A stretch of 64,000 bases of DNA from the human T2T-CHM13v2.0 reference genome, Homo sapiens (GCF_009914755.1 NC_060948.1); one strand, 5' to 3'; numbered from the stretch's first letter, positions 1 to 13,600 are shown. Notes: generated by a model from the sequence alone, not told the origin. Program-made: numbers and translations.

Positions 1-153
1 AATTGATAGGAACGGAATGGAAAGGAATGCAATGATTTGGCATGGAATGGAATCGAATGGCATCGAATGGAATGGAATGGAATGCAATGGAATGGAATGT
101 ATTAGAATGTAATGAACTTTAATGGAATGTACTCGAATGGATTCGACTGGAAT

Positions 154-168
154 GGAATGTTCTGGAAG
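154..168. promoter_or_regulatory. Canonical heat-shock element motif HSE-1 (gGAAtgTTCtgGAAg), once per unit
   Basis: Exact match to nGAAnnTTCnnGAAn; intact in 18/18 units. Motif only, binding not shown. Confidence 0.6.
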
Positions 169-433
169 TGAATGGACTCCAATGGAATGGATTCAAAAGG
201 AATGGAATCGTACGGAATGGAATCTAATGGAATGGAATTAAATGGAAATGAATCAAATTGAATAGCACGGAATTGAATTGAATGGAATGGAATGCAATGG
301 AATCTAATGAAACGGAAAGGAAAGGAATGGAATGGAATGGAATGGGCTGGAATGGAAAGGAATCGAAACGAATGGAATGGAATCGAACTGAAGAGACTGG
401 AATGGAATGCACTGGAATGGAAGGGAGTGTAAT

Positions 434-448
434 GGAAGGTTCTCGAAA
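434..448. promoter_or_regulatory. Canonical heat-shock element motif HSE-2 (gGAAggTTCtcGAAa), once per unit
   Basis: Exact match; intact in 17/18 units (broken in U5, TTCTCGAC near 14636). Motif only. Confidence 0.58.
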
Positions 449-1449
449 AAAATGGAATCGAATGGAATGGAATTGAATGGAACGGAATAGAGTCGAATGG
501 AATTGAATGGAATGGAATGGACTAGAGTGAAATGGAATCGAACCACAAGGAATGGACAGGAATAGAATGGTCTCGAATTGAATGGAATCGTATGGAATGG
601 CATCAAACGGAATGGAATGGACAGCCACGGAATGGAATGCACTCGAATGCAATGGAGTCGAAACTAATGGACTGGAATAGAATGGACTCGACTGGTACGG
701 ACTCCAATGGAATGGAATCGAATGGAAGGGAATCGAACGGAATGGACTCGAAGGGAAAAGACTGCAATGGAAAGGTCTCGAATGGAATGGAAATTAATGG
801 AATGGAATGGAATCGAATGAAATGGAGTCAAAAGGAATGGAATCGAATGGCAAGAAATCGAATGTAATGGAATCGCAAGGAATTGATGTGAACGGAACGG
901 AATGGAATGGAATCCAAAGGAATGGAATAGAATGGAATGGAATCGAATGGAAAGGACTCGAATGGAAATCACTCGAATAGAATGCAATTTAATAAAATAG
1001 GATCAAATGTAATGGAATGGAATGGAAAGGAATCGAAACGAAAGGAATGGAGACAGATGGAATGGAATGGAACAGAGAGCAATGGTATAGAATGGAATGG
1101 AATCATCTGGAATGGAATTGAATGGAATGGAATAATATGAAATGGAATGGAATGGAATGCCCTTGAATTAAATGGACTGGAATGGAATGGACTCGAACAG
1201 AGTGGAATGGAAAGTGTTGAGATAGAATGGAATGGACTCCTTTGGAATGGTCTAGTATGCAATGCAATCGACTGTCAGGGAATCAAAAGGAAAGTAATCG
1301 AATGGATTGGACTGGAATGCAATGGACTCGAATAGATTGGAAACGGAATGCAAAGGAATGGAATGGAATAGTATGGAATGGAATGGAAAGGAATGGAGTG
1401 GAATAGACTAGAGTGGAATGGAATGGACTGGAAAGCAATGGACTGGAAT

Positions 1450-1464
1450 GGAACTTTCTTGAAT
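1450..1464. promoter_or_regulatory. Canonical heat-shock element motif HSE-3 (gGAActTTCttGAAt), once per unit
   Basis: Exact match; intact in 15/18 units (broken in U3 ~8556, U4 ~12113, U12 ~40465). Motif only. Confidence 0.55.
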
Positions 1465-2910
1465 GGACTGGAATCAAACGGAATGGAATGCAATGCAATC
1501 AAATGGCATGGAATAAAATAGAATGAAAGAGAATCAAATGGAATTGAATCGAATGGAATCGAATGGATTGGAAAGGAATAGAATGGAATGGAATGGAATG
1601 GACTAGAATGGAATGGATTCGAATGGAAGGCAAAGGAATGGAATCTATTGGAATGGACTGTAATGGAATGGAATGGAAGGGATTGGAATGGACTCGAATG
1701 GAATGGACTGCAATAGAAAGGATTCGAATGGAATGAAAAAGAATTGAATGGAATAGAACAGAATGGAATCAAATCGAATGAAATGGAATGGAATAGAAAG
1801 GAATGGAATGAAATGGAATGGAAAGGATTCGAATGGAATGCAATCGAATGGAATGGAATCGAACGGAATGGAATAAAATGGAAGAAAACTGGCAAGAAAT
1901 GGAATCGAAATGAATGGAGTGTTATGGAACGGACTCAAAAGGAATTGAATGTAATAGAATGGAGTGGAGTGGACTCGAATATAATGGACTGGAATGGAAT
2001 GAAATCACATGGAATGGGAACGAATGGAATGGAATGGAAAGGAATGGAATCGAATGGAAAGGAATCGAATGGAAGGGAATGAAATTGAATCAACAGGAAT
2101 GGAAGGGAATAGAATAGACGGTAATGGAATGGACTCGAATAGAATGGACACGAATGCTCAAATTGAATGGATTCGAATGGAATGGAAACGAAAGGAATGT
2201 CATCGAATGGAATTGAATCGATTGGAATGAAATCGCATAGAATGGAGTGGAATCAAATGGAATTGAATCGAAAGGAAAGGAAGCGAATGGACTGAAATGA
2301 AATGGAATGGAATTGAATGGAAAGTAATGCAATGGAATAGAATGGAACGAAATTTCACGGAATGGAATCAAACTGAATGGAATCAAATCAATGGAATCTA
2401 ATCAAATGGAATGGAAAGGAATTGAATGGAGTAGATTGGATTGGATGGGATTGGAATGAAATGTACTGGAAAGGACTCGAATTTCATGAAACGGAATGGA
2501 ATGAATTGGAACGGAATGGACTCGAATGGAATGGAATGTCATGGAATGGCATCGAATGGAATGGCATCAAATGGAATGGAATCGAATGCAATGGAATGTT
2601 ATGGAATGGAATGGAATGCATTGGAATGGAATGTCCTCTAATGGAATGGATTCGAGTGGAATGGAATCGAATATAATGGAGTCGAATGAAATGGAATTGA
2701 AAGGAATGGGATCGAATAGAATGGAATATACTGGAATGTAATGTAATGAACACGAATGTAATTGACTGGAATGGAATGTACATGAATGGAAGGTAATCGA
2801 ATGGAAAGTAATCCAATGGAATAGAATCTAATGCAATAAAACCGAATCAGATAGAGTAGAATGTAATGGAATGGAGTGCAGTGCAATGGAATGGAATGGA
2901 ATTGAATGCA

Positions 2911-2954
2911 ATGGAATGGAATGGAATGGAATGGAATGGAATGGAATGGAATGG
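2911..2954 (+). repeat. Pure (GGAAT)n tract of variable length, once per unit
   Basis: Longest uninterrupted run in each unit, between GTGCAGTGCA and GGTATGG; copy number differs (compare 6465-6517, 13580-13603, 27721-27770, 38388-38422). Confidence 0.85.
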
Positions 2955-3529
2955 TATGGAATGGATAGTAATGGACTGGAGTGAAATGGACTGGAAAGGA
3001 ATGGACTCAAATTGAAAGGGCTCGAAAGGAATGGAGTCAAATGGAATGGTCTGGAATGGAATGAACACGAATGTAATGCAATCCAATAGAATGGAATCGA
3101 ATGGCATGGAATATAAAGAAATGGAATCGAAGAGAATGGAAACAAATGGAATGGAATTGAATGGAATGGAATTGAATGGAATGGGAACGAATGGAGTGAA
3201 ATTGTATGCAGTAGAAGGGAATAGAATGGAATGCAAGCGAAAGGAAAGGAATGGATTGGAATGGAATGGAATTCATTGGAATGGAAGGGAATGTAGTGTA
3301 ATGGACAGGCCTGGAATAAAGTGGAATGCTACGGTCTCGAATGGAATAAAAATGTATGGAATGGAATGCAATGAAACGGAATCGAATGTCATAGAATGTA
3401 ATGGAATGCAACAAAATGGAATCCAAAATCATTGACTGGAAAGGCTGGGTGTCGAAAGGAATTGACTCCAATGGAATGGAATCGAATGGAATGGAAGTGA
3501 ATAGAATCGAACTAAATCGAATGGAATGG

Positions 3530-6500
3530 AATTGATAGGAACGGAATGGAAAGGAATGCAATGATTTGGCATGGAATGGAATCGAATGGCATCGAATGGA
3601 ATGGAATGGAATGCAATGGAATGGAATGTATTAGAATGGAATGAACTTTAATGGAATGTACTCGAATGGATTCGACTGGAATGGAATGTTCTGGAAGTGA
3701 ATGGACTCCAATGGAATGGATTCAAAAGGAATGGAATCGTACGGAATGGAATCTAATGGAATGGAATTAAATGGAAATGAATCAAATTGAATAGCACGGA
3801 ATTGAATTGAATGGAATGGAATGCAATGGAATCTAATGAAACGGAAAGGAAAGGAATGGAATGGAATGGAATGGGCTGGAATGGAAAGGAATCGAAACGA
3901 ATGGAATGGAATCGAACTGAAGAGACTGGAATGGAATGCACTGGAATGGAAGGGAGTGTAATGGAAGGTTCTCGAAAAAAATGGAATCGAATGGAATGGA
4001 ATTGAATGGAACGGAATAGAGTCGAATGGAATTGAATGGAATGGAATGGACTAGAGTGAAATGGAATCGAACCACAAGGAATGGACAGGAATAGAATGGT
4101 CTCGAATTGAATGGAATCGTATGGAATGGCATCAAACGGAATGGAATGGACAGCCACGGAATGGAATGCACTCGAATGCAATGGAGTCGAAACTAATGGA
4201 CTGGAATAGAATGGACTCGACTGGTACGGACTCCAATGGAATGGAATCGAATGGAAGGGAATCGAACGGAATGGACTCGAAGGGAAAAGACTGCAATGGA
4301 AAGGTCTCGAATGGAATGGAAATTAATGGAATGGAATGGAATCGAATGAAATGGAGTCAAAAGGAATGGAATCGAATGGCAAGAAATCGAATGTAATGGA
4401 ATCGCAAGGAATTGATGTGAACGGAACGGAATGGAATGGAATCCAAAGGAATGGAATAGAATGGAATGGAATCGAATGGAAAGGACTCGAATGGCAATCA
4501 CTCGAATAGAATGCAATTTAATAAAATAGGATCAAATGTAATGGAATGGAATGGAAAGGAATCGAAACGAAAGGAATGGAGACAGATGGAATGGAATGGA
4601 ACAGAGAGCAATGGTATAGAATGGAATGGAATCATCTGGAATGGAATTGAATGGAATGGAATAATATGAAATGGAATGGAATGGAATGGAATGGAATGCC
4701 CTTGAATTAAATGGACTGGAATGGAATGGACTCGAACAGAGTGGAATGGAAAGTGTTGAGATAGAATGGAATGGACTCCTTTGGAATGGTCTAGTATGCA
4801 ATGCAATCGACTGTCAGGGAATCAAAAGGAATGTAATCGAATGGATTGGACTGGAATGCAATGGACTCGAATAGATTGGAAACGGAATGCAAAGGAATGG
4901 AATGGAATAGTATGGAATGGAATGGAAAGGAATGGAGTGGAATAGACTAGAGTGGAATGGAATGGACTGGAAAGCAATGGACTGGAATGGAACTTTCTTG
5001 AATGGACTGGAATCAAACGGAATGGAATGCAATGCAATCAAATGGCATGGAATAAAATAGAATGAAAGAGAATCAAATGGAATTGAATCGAATGGAATCG
5101 AATGGATTGTAAAGGAATAGAATGGAATGGAATGGAATTGACTCAAATGGAATGGACTAGAATGGAATGGATTCGAATGGAAGGCAAAGGAATGGAATCT
5201 ATTGGAATGGACTGTAATGGAATGGAATGGAAGGGATTGGAATGGACTCGAATGGAATGGACTGCAATAGAAAGGATTCGAATGGAATGAAAAAGAATTG
5301 AATGGAATAGAACAGAATGGAATCAAATCGAATGAAATGGAATGGAATAGAAAGGAATGGAATGAAATGGAATGGAAAGGATTCGAATGGAATGCAATCG
5401 AATGGAATGGAATCGAACGGAATGGAATAAAATGGAAGAAAACTGGCAAGAAATGGAATCGAAATGAATGGAGTGTTATGGAACGGACTCAAAAGGAATT
5501 GAATGTAATAGAATGGAGTGGAGTGGACTCGAATATAATGGACTGGAATGGAATGAAATCACATGGAATGGGAACGAATGGAATGGAATGGAAAGGAATG
5601 GAATCGAATGGAAAGGAATCGAATGGAAGGGAATGAAATTGAATCAACAGGAATGGAAGGGAATAGAATAGACGGTAATGGAATGGACTCGAATAGAATG
5701 GACACGAATGCTCAAATTGAATGGATTCGAATGGAATGGAAACGAAAGGAATGTCATCGAATGGAATTGAATCGATTGGAATGAAATCGCATAGAATGGA
5801 GTGGAATCAAATGGAATTGAATCGAAAGGAAAGGAAGCGAATGGACTGAAATGAAATGGAATGGAATTGAATGGAAAGTAATGCAATGGAATAGAATGGA
5901 ACGAAATTTCACGGAATGGAATCAAACTGAATGGAATCAAATCAATGGAATCTAATCAAATGGAATGGAAAGGAATTGAATGGAGTAGATTGGATTGGAT
6001 GGGATTGGAATGAAATGTACTGGAAAGGACTCGAATTTCATGAAACGGAATGGAATGAATTGGAACGGAATGGACTCGAATGGAATGGAATGTCATGGAA
6101 TGGCATCGAATGGAATGGCATCAAATGGAATGGAATCGAATGCAATGGAATGTTATGGAATGGAATGGAATGCATTGGAATGGAATGTCCTCTAATGGAA
6201 TGGATTCGAGTGGAATGGAATCGAATATAATGGAGTCGAATGAAATGGAATTGAAAGGAATGGGATCGAATAGAATGGAATATACTGGAATGTAATGTAA
6301 TGAACACGAATGTAATTGACTGGAATGGAATGTACATGAATGGAAGGTAATCGAATGGAAAGTAATCCAATGGAATAGAATCTAATGCAATAAAACCGAA
6401 TCAGATAGAGTAGAATGTAATGGAATGGAGTGCAGTGCAATGGAATGGAATGGAATTGAATGCAATGGAATGGAATGGAATGGAATGGAATGGAATGGAA

Positions 6501-7093
6501 TGGAATGGAATGGAATGGTATGGAAAGGATAGTAATGGACTGGAGTGAAATGGACTGGAAAGGAATGGACTCAAATTGAAAGGGCTCGAAAGGAATGGAG
6601 TCAAATGGAATGGTCTGGAATGGAATGAACACGAATGTAATGCAATCCAATAGAATGGAATCGAATGGCATGGAATATAAAGAAATGGAATCGAAGAGAA
6701 TGGAAACAAATGGAATGGAATTGAATGGAATGGAATTGAATGGAATGGGAACGAATGGAGTGAAATTGTATGCAGTAGAAGGGAATAGAATGGAATGCAA
6801 GCGAAAGGAAAGGAATGGATTGGAATGGAATGGAATTCATTGGAATGGAAGGGAATGTAGTGTAATGGACAGGCCTGGAATAAAGTGGAATGCTACGGTC
6901 TCGAATGGAATAAAAATGTATGGAATGGAATGCAATGAAACGGAATCGAATGTCATAGAATGTAATGGAATGCAACAAAATGGAATCCAAAATCATTGAC
7001 TGGAAAGGCTGGGTGTCGAAAGGAATTGACTCCAATGGAATGGAATCGAATGGAATGGAAGTGAATAGAATCGAACTAAATCGAATGGAATGG
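3530..7093 (+). repeat. DYZ1 unit U2 (3564 bp)
   Basis: Anchors 3530 and 7094; shares rare variants with U1. Confidence 0.9.
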
Positions 7094-10000
7094 AATTGAT
7101 AGGAACGGAATGGAAAGGAATGCAATGATTTGGCATGGAATGGAATCGAATGGCATCGAATGGAATGGAATGGAATGCAATGGAATGGAATGTATTAGAA
7201 TGGAATGAACTTTAATGGAATGTACTCGAATGGATTCGACTGGAATGGAATGTTCTGGAAGTGAATGGACTCCAATGGAATGGATTCAAAAGGAATGGAA
7301 TCGTACGGAATGGAATCTAATGGAATGGAATTAAATGGAAATGAATCAAATTGAATAGCACGGAATTGAATTGAATGGAATGGAATGCAATGGAATCTAA
7401 TGAAACGGAAAGGAAAGGAATGGAATGGAATGGAATGGGCTGGAATGGAAAGGAATCGAAACGAATGGAATGGAATCGAACTGAAGAGACTGGAATGGAA
7501 TGCACTGGAATGGAAGGGAGTGTAATGGAAGGTTCTCGAAAAAAATGGAATCGAATGGAATGGAATTGAATGGAACGGAATAGAGTCGAATGGAATTGAA
7601 TGGAATGGAATGGACTAGAGTGAAATGGAATCGAACCACAAGGAATGGACAGGAATAGAATGGTCTCGAATTGAATGGAATCGTATGGAATGGCATCAAA
7701 CGGAATGGAATGGACAGCCACGGAATGGAATGCACTCGAATGCAATGGAGTCGAAACTAATGGACTGGAATAGAATGGACTCGACTGGTACGGACTCCAA
7801 TGGAATGGAATCGAATGGAAGGGAATCGAACGGAATGGACTCGAAGGGAAAAGACTGCAATGGAAAGGTCTCGAATGGAATGGAAATTAATGGAATGGAA
7901 TGGAATCGAATGAAATGGAGTCAAAAGGAATGGAATCGAATGGCAAGAAATCGAATGTAATGGAATCGCAAGGAATTGATGTGAACGGAACGGAATGGAA
8001 TGGAATCCAAAGGAATGGAATAGAATGGAATGGAATCGAATGGAAAGGACTCGAATGGAAATCACTCGAATAGAATGCAATTTAATAAAATAGGATCAAA
8101 TGTAATGGAATGGAATGGAAAGGAATCGAAACGAAAGAAATGGAGACAGATGGAATGGAATAGAACAGAGAGCAATGGTATAGAATGGAATGGAATCATC
8201 TGGAATGGAATTGAATGGAATGGAATAATATGAAATGGAATGGAATGGAATGGAATGGAATGCCCTTGAATTAAATGGACTGGAATGGAATGGACTCGAA
8301 CAGAGTGGAATGGAAAGTGTTGAGATAGAATGGAATGGACTCCTTTGGAATGGTGTAGTATGCAATGCAATCGACTGGCAGGGAATCAAAAGGAATGTAA
8401 TGGAATGGACTGGACTGGAATGCAATGGACTCGAATAGATTGGAAACGGAATGCAAAGGAATGGAATGGAATAGTATGGAATGGAATGGAAAGGAATGGA
8501 GTGGAATAGACTAGAGTGGAATGGAATGGACTGGAAAGCAACGGACTGGAATGGATCTTTCTTGAATGGACTGGAATCAATCGGAATGGAATGCAATGCA
8601 ATCAAATGGCATGGAATAAAATAGAATGAAAGAGAATCAAATGGAATTGAATCGAATGGAATCGAATGGATTGGAAAGGAATAGAATGGAATGGAATGGA
8701 ATTGACTCAAATGGAATGGACTAGAATGGAATGGATTCGAATGGAAGGCAAAGGAATGGAATCTATTGGAATGGACTGTAATGGAATGGAATGGAAGGGA
8801 TTGGAATGGACTCGAATGGAATGGACTGCAATAGAAAGGATTCGAATGGAATGAAAAAGAATTGAATGGAATAGAACAGAATGGAATCAAATCGAATGAA
8901 ATGGAATGGAATAGAAAGGAATGGAATGAAATGGAATGGAAAGGATTCGAATGGAATGCAATCGAATGGAATGGAATCGAACGGAATGGAATAAAATGGA
9001 AGAAAACTGGCAAGAAATGGAATCGAAATGAATGGAGAGTTATGGAACGGACTCAAAAGGAATTGAATGTAATAGAATGGAGTGGAGTGGACTCGAATAT
9101 AATGGACTGGAATGGAATGAAATCACATGGAATGGGAACGAATGGAATGGAATGGAAAGGAATGGAATCGAATGGAAAGGAATCGAATGGAAGGGAATGA
9201 AATTGAATCAACAGGAATGGAAGGGAATAGAATAGACGGTAATGGAATGGACTCGAATAGAATGGACACGAATGCTCAAATTGAATGGACTCGAATGGAA
9301 TGGAAACGAAAGGAATGTCATCGAATGGAATTGAATCGATTGGAATGAAATCGCATAGAATGGAGTGGAATCAAATGGAATTGAATCGAAAGGAAAGGAA
9401 GCGAATGGACTGAAATGAAATGGAATGGAATTGAATGGAAAGTAATGCAATGGAATAGAATGGAACGAAATTTCACGGAATGGAATCAAACTGAATGGAA
9501 TCAAATCAATGGAATCCAATCAAATGGAATGGAGTAGATTGGATTGGATGGGATTGGAATGAAATGTACTGGAAAGGACTCGAATTTCATGAAACGGAAT
9601 GCAATGAATTGGAACGGAATGGACTCGAATGGAATGGAATGTCATAGAATGGCATCAAATGGATTGGCATCAAATGGAATGGAATAGAATGCAATAGAAT
9701 GCTATGGAATGGAATGGAATGCATTGGAATGGAATGTCCTCTAATGGAATGGATTCGAGTGGAATGGAATCGAATATAATGGAGTCGAATGAAATGGAAT
9801 TGAAAGGAATGGGATCGAATACAATGGAATATACTGGAATGTAATGTAATGAACTCGAATGTAATTGACTGGAATGGAATGTACATGAATGGAATGTAAT
9901 CGAATGGAAAGTAATCCAATGGAATAGAATCTAATGCAATAAAATCGACTCAGATAGAGTAGAATGTAATGGAATGGAGTGCAGTGCAATGGAATGGAAT

Positions 10001-10647
10001 GGAATGGAATGCAATGGAATGGAATGGAATGGAATGGAATGGAATGGAATGGAATGGAATGGGATGGAATGGTATGGAATGGATAGTAATGGACTGGAGT
10101 GAAATGGACTGGAATGGAATGGACTCAAATTGAAAGGGCTAGAAAGGAATGGAGTCAAATGGAATGGTCTGGAATGGAATGAACACGAATGTAATGCAAT
10201 CCAATAGAATGGAATCGAATGGCATGGAATATAAAGAAATGGAATCGAAGAGAATGGAAACAAATGGAATGGAATTGAATGGAATGGAATTGAATGGAAT
10301 GGGAACGAATGGAGTGAAATTGTATGCAGTAGATGGGAATAGAATGGAATGCAAGCGAAAGGAAAGGAATGGATTGGAATGGAATGGAATTCATTGGAAT
10401 GGAAGGGAATGTAGTGTAATGGACAGGCCTGGAATAAAGTGGAATGCTACGGTCTCGAATGGAATAAAAATGTATGGAATGGAAGGCAATGAAACGGAAT
10501 CGAATGTCATAGAATGTAATGGAATGCAAAAAAATGGAATCCAAAATCATTGACTGGAAAGGCTGGGTGTCGAAAGGAATTGACTGCAATGGAATGGAAT
10601 CGAATGGAATGGAAGTGAATAGAATCGAACTAAATCGAATGGAATGG
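7094..10647 (+). repeat. DYZ1 unit U3 (3554 bp)
   Basis: Anchors 7094 and 10648; 15-bp deletion near 9525. Confidence 0.9.
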
Positions 10648-13600
10648 AATTGATAGGAACGGAATGGAAAGGAATGCAATGATTTGGCATGGAATGGAAT
10701 CGAATGGCATAGAATGGAATGGAATGGAATGCAATGGAATGGAATGTATTAGAATGTAATGAACATTAATGGAATGTACTCGAATGGATTCGACTGGAAT
10801 GGAATGTTCTGGAAGTGAATGGACTCCAATGGAATGGATTCGAAAGGAATGGAATCGAACGGAATGGATTCTAATGGAATGGAATTAAATGGAAATGAAT
10901 CAAATTGAATAGCACGGAATTGAATTGAATGGAATCGAATGCAATGGAATCTAATGAAACGGAAAGGAAAGAATGGAATGGAATAGAATGGGCTGGAATG
11001 GAAAGGAATCGAAACTAATGGAATGGAATCGAACTGAAGAGACTGGAATGGAATGCACTGGAATGGAAGGGAGTGTAATGGAAGGTTCTCGAAAATAATG
11101 GAATCGAATGGAATGGAATTGAATGGAACGGAATAGAGTCGAATGGAATTGAATGGAATGGAATGGACTAGAGTGAAATGGAATCGAACCACAAGGAATG
11201 GAGAGGAATAGAATGGTCTCGAATTGAATGGAATCGTATGGAATGGCATCAAACGGAATGGAATGGACAGCCACGGAATGGAATGCACTCGAATGCAATG
11301 GAGTCGAAACTAATGGACTGGAATAGAATGGACTCGACTGGTACGGACTCCAATGGAATGGAATCGAATGGAAGGGAATCGAACGGAATGGACTCGAAGG
11401 GAAAAGACTGCAATGGAAAGGTCTCGAATGGAATGGAAATTAATGGGATGGAATGGAATCGAATGAAATGGAGTCAAAAGGAATGGAATCGAATGGTAAG
11501 AAATTGAATGTAATGGAATCGCAAGGAATTGATGTGAACGGAACGGAATGGAATGGAATCCAAAGGAATGGAATAGAATGGAATGGAATCGAATGGAAAG
11601 GACTCGAATGGAAATCACTCGAATAGAATGCAATTTAATAAAATAGGATCAAATGTAATGGAATGGAATGGAAAGGAATCGAAACGAAAGGAATGGAGAC
11701 AGATGGAATGGAATGGAACAGAGAGCAATGGTATAGAATGGAATGGAATCATCTGGAATGGAATTGAATGGAATGGAATAATATGAAATGGAATGGAATG
11801 GAATGGAATGCCCTTGAATTAAATGGACTGGAATGGAATGGACTCGAACAGAGTGGAATGGAAAGTGTTGAAATAGAATGGAATGGACTCCTTTGGAATG
11901 GTCTAGTATGCAATGTAATCGACTGGCAGGGAATCAAAAGGAATGTCATCGAATGGATTGGACTGGAATGCAATGGACTCGAATAGATTGGAAACGGAAT
12001 GCAAAGGAATGGAATGGAATAGTATGGAATGCAATGGAAGGGAATGGAGTGGAATAGACTAGAGTGGAATGGAATGGACTGGAAAGCAATGGACTGGAAT
12101 GGAACTTTCTTGGATGGACTGGAATCAAACGGAATGGAATGCAATGCAATCAAATGGCATGGAATAAAATAGAATGAAAGAGAATCAAATGGAATTGAAT
12201 CGAATGGAATCGAATGGATTGGAAAGGAATAGAATGGAATGGAATGGAATTGACTCAAATGGAATGGACTAGAATGGAATGGATTCGAATGGAAGGCAAA
12301 GGAATGGAATCTATTGGAATGGACTGTAATGGAATGGAATGGAAGGGATTGGAATGGACTCGAATGGAATGGACTGCAATAGAAAGGATTCGAATGGAAT
12401 GAAAAAGAATTGAATGGAATAGAACAGAATGGAATCAAATCGAATGAAATGGAATGGAAAAGAAAGGAATGGAATGAAATGGAATGGAAAGGATTCGAAT
12501 GGAATGCAATCGAATGGAATGGAATCGAGTGGAATGGAATAAAATGGAAGAAAACTGGCAAGAAATGGAATCGAAATGAATGGAGTGTTATGGAACGGAC
12601 TCAAAAGGAATTGAATGTAATAGAATGGAGTGGAGTGGAATCGAATATAATTGACTGGAATGGAATGAAATCACATGGAATGGGAACGAATGGAATGGAA
12701 TGGAAAGGAATGGAATCGAATGGAAAGGAATCGAATGGAAGGGAATGAAATTGAATCAACACGAATGGAAGGGAATAGAATAGACTGTAATGGAATGGAC
12801 TCGAATAGAATGGACACGAATGCTCAAATTAAATGGACTCGAATGGAATGGAAACGAAAGGAATGTCATCGGATGGAATTGAATCGATTGTAATGAAATC
12901 GCATAGAATGGAGTGGAATCAAATGGAATTGAATCGAAAGGAAAGGAAGCGAATGGACTGAAATGAAATGGAATGGAATTGAATGGAAAGTAATGCAATG
13001 GAATAGAATGGAACGAAATTTCACGGAATGGAATCAAACTGAATGGAATCAAATCAATGGAATCAAATCAAATGGAATGGAAAGGAATTGAATGGAGTAG
13101 ATGGGATTGGATGGGATTGGAATGAAATGTACTGGAAAGAACTCGAATTTCATGAAACGGAATGGAATGAATTGGAACGGAATGGACTCGAATGGAATGG
13201 AATGTCATGGGATGGCATCAAATGGAATGGCATCAAATGGAATGGAATCGAATGCAATGGAATGCTATGGAATGGAATGGAATGCATTGGAATGGAATGT
13301 CCTCTAATGGAATGGATTCGAGTGGAATGGAATTGAATATAATGGAGTCGAATGAAACGGAATTGAAAGGAATGGGATCGAATACAATGGAATATACTGG
13401 AATGTAACGTAATGAACTCGAATGTAATTGACTGGAATGGAATGTACATGAATGGAATATAATCGAATGGAAAGTAATCCAATGGAATAGAATCTAATGC
13501 AATAAAATCGACTCAGATAGAGTAGAATGTAATGGAATGGAGTGCAGTGCAATGGAATGGAATGGAATGGAATGCAATTGAATGGAATGGAATGGAATGG

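Larger units (their letters stand above)
1..3529 (+). repeat. DYZ1 unit U1 (3529 bp)
   Basis: Anchor at 1, next at 3530; 35 bp shorter than U2 (10+15+10 bp indels). Confidence 0.9.

Noticed and set aside
2349-2491. Further HSE candidates GAAatTTCacGGA (~2349) and GAAtTTCatGAA (~2479)
   Set aside because: The first has a mismatched third pentamer and the second a 1-nt spacer; not counted as canonical.
3442-3455. G-richer landmark GGCTGGGTGTCG as a G-quadruplex or TE remnant
   Set aside because: Too short, lacks four G3 tracts, and stays in pentamer phase, so it is best read as diverged satellite.
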